A stretch of 61,625 nt of DNA, filler included. It is 14 parts of 14 records of this genome, joined end to end, with 100 filler letters (N's around TTAATTAATTAA, not from the genome) between each part and the next. Parts side by side here need not be neighbours in the genome. Positions count along the whole stretch, not along the records: positions 54,195 to 58,310 come from SRR15195285_7760; positions 58,411 to 61,625 come from SRR15195285_7766; 12 more parts are not named here. One strand, 5' to 3'. Under the pieces are notes generated by a model. It saw only the letters and a program-made list of their open reading frames with translations, did not search any database and had not been told where the DNA came from. This document shows, piece by piece, positions 56,570 to 61,625 of this stretch (the stretch's first letter is position 1; each line of letters opens with the position of its first letter). A program made the translations under genes and the position numbers.

Positions 56570-57899
56570 ACACATGGCTAGTGCTACCAGCTTGTTGTCC
56601 AGCATTGTCCAGATCTGAGACGTGGCAGCATGGGATGCAGTTCGCACGTACTTCTTGCACAGCATGGTTGAAAAAATGCAGCCACTTGTAGTTCGGGCCT
56701 CTTAGTGGTGCTTGCTGCACAGACCGCACATCACTTTTCGTTGAAATGCAGCCGTGGCATTTTTGCAGACTGCACAAGCAGCTGCGTTTGCTGCTGCTTC
56801 CCCAGGCTATCGAGGTCGGCCTTCTCGGGGCCGGAGTCTGCTGCAACACAGTAGCATCTTTCCAGCTCGCGTGTGAACTTGCGGTCGTTGGCGATTCACA
56901 ATCAGCTTGTGTATCGAGAGGTCGCGCGAATCGAGCTCCTACACAGCAGGTGCACATTTGCTCAGCCAAGGCTTTGTGCTGCTTCGGTAACATCGCGTCG
57001 CACCTTAACAGCAGTCGTGTAGAACCCACTTGCGACCCAGAGCATCGAAAATTACGCTATCACATGTGTGCACGGGTCAATCGAGGGACACGGTGTAGAA
57101 CTGTACGAAGATTGCGCTGCGAAAAGCATGGGGGTCTTATTAGTCTTCGTGCAGCACCAGCGACGGAAAAAGATGGACAGCCAGTGGCACTTGCGGACCG
57201 CTCCAGAACTGATAGCACAGCCACAGCGCACAGCCACAGCGAAAGTAAGTCGAAGCAACGACATAAAAATGCTGTGGGATACGCAATACGATGTATATAC
57301 TCACCTGTGAGGGCAGTCCAGCAGGTCAGCGCCTTGAAAAACACTGCCTCGGCTGACCACAGCTGTCGCAGTGAGGGCGCTGGCATAGCAGTGAAACAGA
57401 ACCGCGTGTTAGCCTCTGCAATCTGGTATCAGGTTGATGCCATGCATCATTACCCGCACCTGGGAGAATTGTTGGCTCAATGGCGATGAGAACGGCGGCT
57501 TCTGCCAGCGACAAACCACTCACGATGACCACGTGGTGGGCGCGCAGGTCGCGCGCGATTGCATCCAGCAGAGCGGTCGCGATTCCAGCCACAATCCACA
57601 GCGGGTGCCTTCCCGTGGGCCGGAGCTACAAAACGGGCCGGATTTAGACTGCTCAGTCAAAGCTGGCCACGTTGGTCGCTAGGTTGCTGGACGCAGAGGA
57701 GTCATACCGGGCGGCCACGCGCCGCTGCACGCTGCCGCTTGCGCTCTGGCCGCACTCGTGGTTTGCGGACGCGCACCACCACTGGCCGCGCGGTGGCAGC
57801 CAACAATCTACGGCGTCGGTCTTGGTCAGCAGCGATGCGCAGGGCTCTCGCAGCCGCCACGTGGCTACACGCTGCCTCAAGCTTGACGCCTGCGGCCAT
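56570..57899 (-). CDS. Probable multi-exon gene of unknown function
   Basis: ATG at 57899 follows a GC-rich promoter-like tract. Donors GTATGA, GTGCGG and GTGAGT and YAG acceptors join basic and hydrophobic exons. The 3' end is uncertain. Confidence 0.35.
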
Positions 57900-58439
57900 C
57901 GTCCGTCGTCAGCAGCGCCGCCCAGCACGCGTGCGTGACGATCGGTCGCCGATCGCGTGCCGTCGTCACATGCACGCGTGCGTCGAATAGATGCTTTTCC
58001 GGGTCTTGCGGATTCACAGTGAAATTGGTGTCGTTTTCACTCCGCGGAGTCTTGAATTGAGAATTCTGAGCCAGCAGCCTGTGAGAGTGACGCTGTCCGT
58101 GACTGGAGCAGCCTGTTCACGGGAGTGTGAGCTGTGTGACTCTGACTGCATGGAGCTCAGCCGGTGAGGGTGACGGCCGTTGGAATGCGTCTGGCGAAAA
58201 CGCGGGACGGCTCCGGTGTCTCGCACTAGTCGGCCATGGCGGACGATGGCATGCGGATGGCGGCGCAGCGAAGGGGCCGGCGCACCTCCGTGTCCGCCGA
58301 GGTCTTCAACNNNNNNNNNNNNNNNNNNNNNNNNNNNNNNNNNNNNNNNNNNNNTTAATTAATTAANNNNNNNNNNNNNNNNNNNNNNNNNNNNNNNNNN
58401 NNNNNNNNNNGCAAGAGCAAGAGCAAGAGCAAGAGCAAG

Positions 58440-60503
58440 ATGACCCTCGTGAGGCAGAACGCTGTCACCGGCGACATCGCCGAGACCACCGAGACCACCC
58501 AGGGCACCGAGCCGATGGCATCGTCGTGGCCGAGCGCAGAGGCTATGCTCGACGATGTGCTGAAACTCGCCGACAAGCTGGAGGCCTGCGAGAAGACCAA
58601 GAACGAGCGGAGGCAGCAGTTCAGGCGAGTGGCCGAGCACGTCGGCGACGACCTGGACGAGATCACCACACTGACGGTGCTCTCCGCCGAGAGTGTCAAT
58701 GACTATTGTGAATCATGCGCACCGCAGAGCGTCGACACCTACTGCAAGATGGCCCTCGCTTTCCACCGGCTCGCCGCCTCCGCGCAAGGCCACACCGACC
58801 TGCCCGTGCCCGTCTGCCGCGAGATGGCCGCGTTGGAGTCGATGATGGCCGACTTCGAGCACGAGAGGCGCAACAAGCAGAAGCCGCCGCCGCCGCTGAT
58901 GTCCTTCCTCAAGCCCGCACATGCCATGTTTGAGAAGCTGAGCACCAAGCACACCGACGACATCGCCTACGTCGACCTTGCGCTGGCCGTCTGGTTCATG
59001 TTTACCGTGTTTGGCATTGCCACTCGAACCCGCACCCTGCTCACTGCACGCTGGGGCGACAACTTTCGCCGCGAGGAGAACGGCGACTGGCACATCCAGC
59101 TCGGCGACCCGAACGGAGGCACCAAGCACAAGTTCCCACTGTCCGTGAAGCTAAGCGAGCTTAGCAACCTCTGCAACGCCGGCCTCCTCTACCCAGACCT
59201 CGCCACGACGGCCCTGGACTGGCTCTACAGCCGCACCAAGGGCGACAAGGACGGTCGCCTTGTTTTCAGCAGGAGCGAGACGAAAGACTCTCCTTTCGGC
59301 AAGGCGGTCTTTGGCACCTACATGCGCGAGCAGTACAAGAGTGCCAAGGATATGGACTGCGGAGCTCTCAGGAAGCGCATCGAGATCATGGCTAATCAGC
59401 TGCTCAAGGCGGAGAAGATTACCGCCGCCGACCGTGCCCTCGCTTCGACTCTTCTGCAGCATAAAGCCGAGACTGCAGCACTGGACTACCTGCCCGCTGG
59501 CGACACTGAGCTCGCCGAGTCTGAGCCCGAGCCAACGCCCGAATTGGAGCAAATTTCGGAGCCAGAGCCAACTGAGAGCACTGAGACCAGCCCTCCGCAG
59601 AGCATCGTTGTGCACAACGGCGATGTACTCGAGATCGCGCACGAATACGAAGGGCTCTCCACCATGTGCGTAACGCTGAAGGGAGAGCATCTGCTGCTGA
59701 TTCTCGTGCCGAAGCCACACAATTCAAAGTATGACTGGACGTTCGCTCCGCACCGAGCGGGATTCAAGTCAAATATCGCCGAGATGAGCGAGTATGGCAC
59801 ATTCGATCTCTGCATTTCGCCGTCTCCCGACCTGTCATCTCCCGATCCGATGCAGCTCCTGGTCGGCGTTCACGAAGGTGGCTTTGCCACGCTGCTGCCA
59901 CGCGATGCAGACGCGTACCAGCTGCGCAAAGTCGGGAACATCGGCCCAACGCCGGAAGGATCGCCACTGGGCAGTCCTGAGGCACGGGTGGCGGCAGTCG
60001 AAGCCCGACTGGAGGCCATTATCACCGCACTGCAGCACATGAACAAGGCGGGATTGCACACGAACGAAGTCCTGGATTACATCCGCCAGAAGGTTGACAG
60101 CCAGCCGGCGCCACTGCAGCCGACCACTCAGTCCTCTGACTGGCTGAAGGAGGTGATCGAGGCCGCGGAGGACTTCAAGTACGACAATTGCCGCACCACG
60201 GGTGACGTCGTTCGCTTCAAACTGGTGCTTGCCCGGGCCGCACTCAACCAGCCACGGGTCATGTCTATCGGTGAGAATGCGGCGTGGGCAAAGTACAATG
60301 ATCTGATCCACTACATCCAGACGGCCGAAGACAGCCACGACGCCGAGACCATTTCGGAGAGTGAGAGTGAGAGCGAGGACGAAGACGAGGAGACAGTGCG
60401 TGCCGCCATCGGCGCTGTTCTGAAGGCCATCTCTAAGCCCCGCGCTCGCAAGAACCAGGCACCGCAGGACCGCGCTCACAAGAAGGGACGCCACTCGCAG
60501 TAG
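58440..60503 (+). CDS. Tyrosine-recombinase-domain protein (PLV/virophage- or Crypton-like), possibly 5'-partial
   Basis: Ordered catalytic-type residues: FGIATR (R, 59025), GTKHK (K), CGALRK (R), LASTLLQHKAETAALDY (H...Y, 59460-59489). Intronless with high GC3. The frame stays open upstream through (GCAAGA)5. Confidence 0.65.
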   Translation: MTLVRQNAVTGDIAETTETTQGTEPMASSWPSAEAMLDDVLKLADKLEACEKTKNERRQQFRRVAEHVGDDLDEITTLTVLSAESVNDYCESCAPQSVDTYCKMALAFHRLAASAQGHTDLPVPVCREMAALESMMADFEHERRNKQKPPPPLMSFLKPAHAMFEKLSTKHTDDIAYVDLALAVWFMFTVFGIATRTRTLLTARWGDNFRREENGDWHIQLGDPNGGTKHKFPLSVKLSELSNLCNAGLLYPDLATTALDWLYSRTKGDKDGRLVFSRSETKDSPFGKAVFGTYMREQYKSAKDMDCGALRKRIEIMANQLLKAEKITAADRALASTLLQHKAETAALDYLPAGDTELAESEPEPTPELEQISEPEPTESTETSPPQSIVVHNGDVLEIAHEYEGLSTMCVTLKGEHLLLILVPKPHNSKYDWTFAPHRAGFKSNIAEMSEYGTFDLCISPSPDLSSPDPMQLLVGVHEGGFATLLPRDADAYQLRKVGNIGPTPEGSPLGSPEARVAAVEARLEAIITALQHMNKAGLHTNEVLDYIRQKVDSQPAPLQPTTQSSDWLKEVIEAAEDFKYDNCRTTGDVVRFKLVLARAALNQPRVMSIGENAAWAKYNDLIHYIQTAEDSHDAETISESESESEDEDEETVRAAIGAVLKAISKPRARKNQAPQDRAHKKGRHSQ

Positions 60504-60762
60504 AGCAGTCTATGTACCGTCGGCCACGGCGCCTGAATAAATACAACCCACGTGATAACAAAGTGCAATGCCCGGGCTCTCCTGCAACTGCGAGACTATG
60601 CAGGCCACATGCGAATTGGGCAGCGGTAGCAGCGAGACGCTGGCAATGCTAGTTCTGTGTGCACTGAGCGTAGTGGCGGTGGGCAAGCTGTTCGCAGCGT
60701 ATGAGCTGGATGAGTACTCAGATGACGAGGACGCTCCACCAAGCGGTATGTTTACGTAAACA

Positions 60763-61524
60763 TTACAGGTCAGTGTCACACGTCGGCTTGTCGCCACGGC
60801 ACCGAAAGCAGCCGGACTGGCCGCCTCGGTTGATCTTGACAAAGTTCTGGTCCATCATCTTGTGCACGATGCCACTCTTACACTCGGGGACAAAGTGCAG
60901 CACGTGCTGCGACGCGCTGTTGATGCGCGGCAGGTCGTCAAAGTGCTTGCACTGCTGGCTCGTGATCGGGCGAGCCTGGCCTTCGGGCACGCAGTAGACA
61001 CAGCGATAGAGCCCGTCGCACCAGATCACCTGGATGTCCTTGTGCCTCGTACGCGCTTGGCGAACCTCGAGCTCCGCCACGACTTGCGGCGGCGGGTCCT
61101 TGGCCGTGCGGGCGTGGATGCGCAGGAAGCCGGAGACGCCAGAGTGTGGCGCCACGCGATTCGGGTTGCGGCCGTCCTTGTAGATCTGGACGTACTCGCC
61201 GTCGCGCCGGACGCAGTCGCACGTCCAGCACCAGCCCGTTCCACCCGCCTTGATCTGGTTGTCCGTCTTGTAGTCCAGGTTCCGAGCCTCCATCGTGTCC
61301 CAGTGGAAGAACCCCGGCTCGAACGTGTCAGAAACGCGCTTCGGCACGAGGTGAAGGTCGGGGTTCTTGCAAGGCACATTGCGTGCCCTAGAGTAGCCGC
61401 GACCATCCTTGCCCAGCGCGTCGGGGCAGATGGGGCACCGATAGAAGCCGTCACACCAGGGCTGGTGCGTCGGCTTCTGCTTCTTGCACGGGGGGCACAC
61501 CACGTCGCCCTCCAGCGCCGCCAT
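60763..61524 (-). CDS. Cys-rich, probably Zn-binding protein with duplicated WCDGxYRCxxC motif
   Basis: ATG at 61524; CPPC, WCDGFYRCPIC, WCWTCDC, WCDGLYRCVYC and CFRC. Strong GC3 bias supports coding. Confidence 0.7.
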   Translation of the reverse strand: MAALEGDVVCPPCKKQKPTHQPWCDGFYRCPICPDALGKDGRGYSRARNVPCKNPDLHLVPKRVSDTFEPGFFHWDTMEARNLDYKTDNQIKAGGTGWCWTCDCVRRDGEYVQIYKDGRNPNRVAPHSGVSGFLRIHARTAKDPPPQVVAELEVRQARTRHKDIQVIWCDGLYRCVYCVPEGQARPITSQQCKHFDDLPRINSASQHVLHFVPECKSGIVHKMMDQNFVKINRGGQSGCFRCRGDKPTCDTDL

Positions 61525-61600
61525 GGTGAGCTTGTGGGCGCAGACTCGGGTGAGAGTGAATATCCGTGAATGTCCCATTGAATGACATACAATTGTATGT

Positions 61601-61623
61601 GAATAACTGAATAACTGAATAAC
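61601..61623 (+). repeat. 8-bp tandem repeat (GAATAACT) x about 3 in an AT-rich upstream region
   Basis: GAATAACTGAATAACTGAATAAC at the window end. Confidence 0.7.
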
Positions 61624-61625
61624 CA

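Noticed and set aside
5848-58410. Regularly recurring TTAATTAATTAA motif
   Set aside because: Artificial six-frame-stop linker embedded in Ns. Gene neighbourhoods across it are not real.
60568-60759. 63-aa ORF with a hydrophobic stretch between the YR and Cys-rich genes
   Set aside because: Too short, without motif support. It could be real but cannot be supported from sequence alone.
60862-61569. 235-aa plus-strand ORF, and similar long antisense ORFs elsewhere
   Set aside because: Shadow frames of high-GC3 genes on the opposite strand.

Overview
This is not a contiguous locus. It is 14 short contigs (about 3-6 kb each) joined by 13 artificial 100-bp spacers (N44-TTAATTAATTAA-N44). The DNA is eukaryotic: GC-rich, gene-dense, with short GT-AG introns, ER-retention and PTS2 signals, a chromo/SET methyltransferase, a TTLL enzyme and a four-domain ion channel. 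The host is probably a marine heterotrophic protist MAG/SAG. A Picozoa-like identity is only a weak guess from protein style. About 25 genes or fragments can be called, including seven carbohydrate-active enzymes. The most notable observations are: (1) an ER thioredoxin-fold protein with three in-frame UGA codons (G-U-G-U-U) and a SECIS-like 3'-UTR hairpin; (2) two adjacent homologous introns in a GH78 gene built as GTAC-TSD/short-TIR elements, i.e. an introner family that splices out seamlessly; (3) an intronless tyrosine-recombinase contig (PLV/Crypton-like) with a novel Cys-repeat protein; (4) a dispersed ~28-bp palindrome with compensatory changes, found at contig breaks; (5) a Suv39-like gene whose pre-SET domain is split by a large NUMOD1/Zn-ribbon/LysM-like insertion; (6) a Nav/Cav-type channel with a D-E-E-Q filter. 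All domain calls come from motif recognition by eye; no database searches were run.
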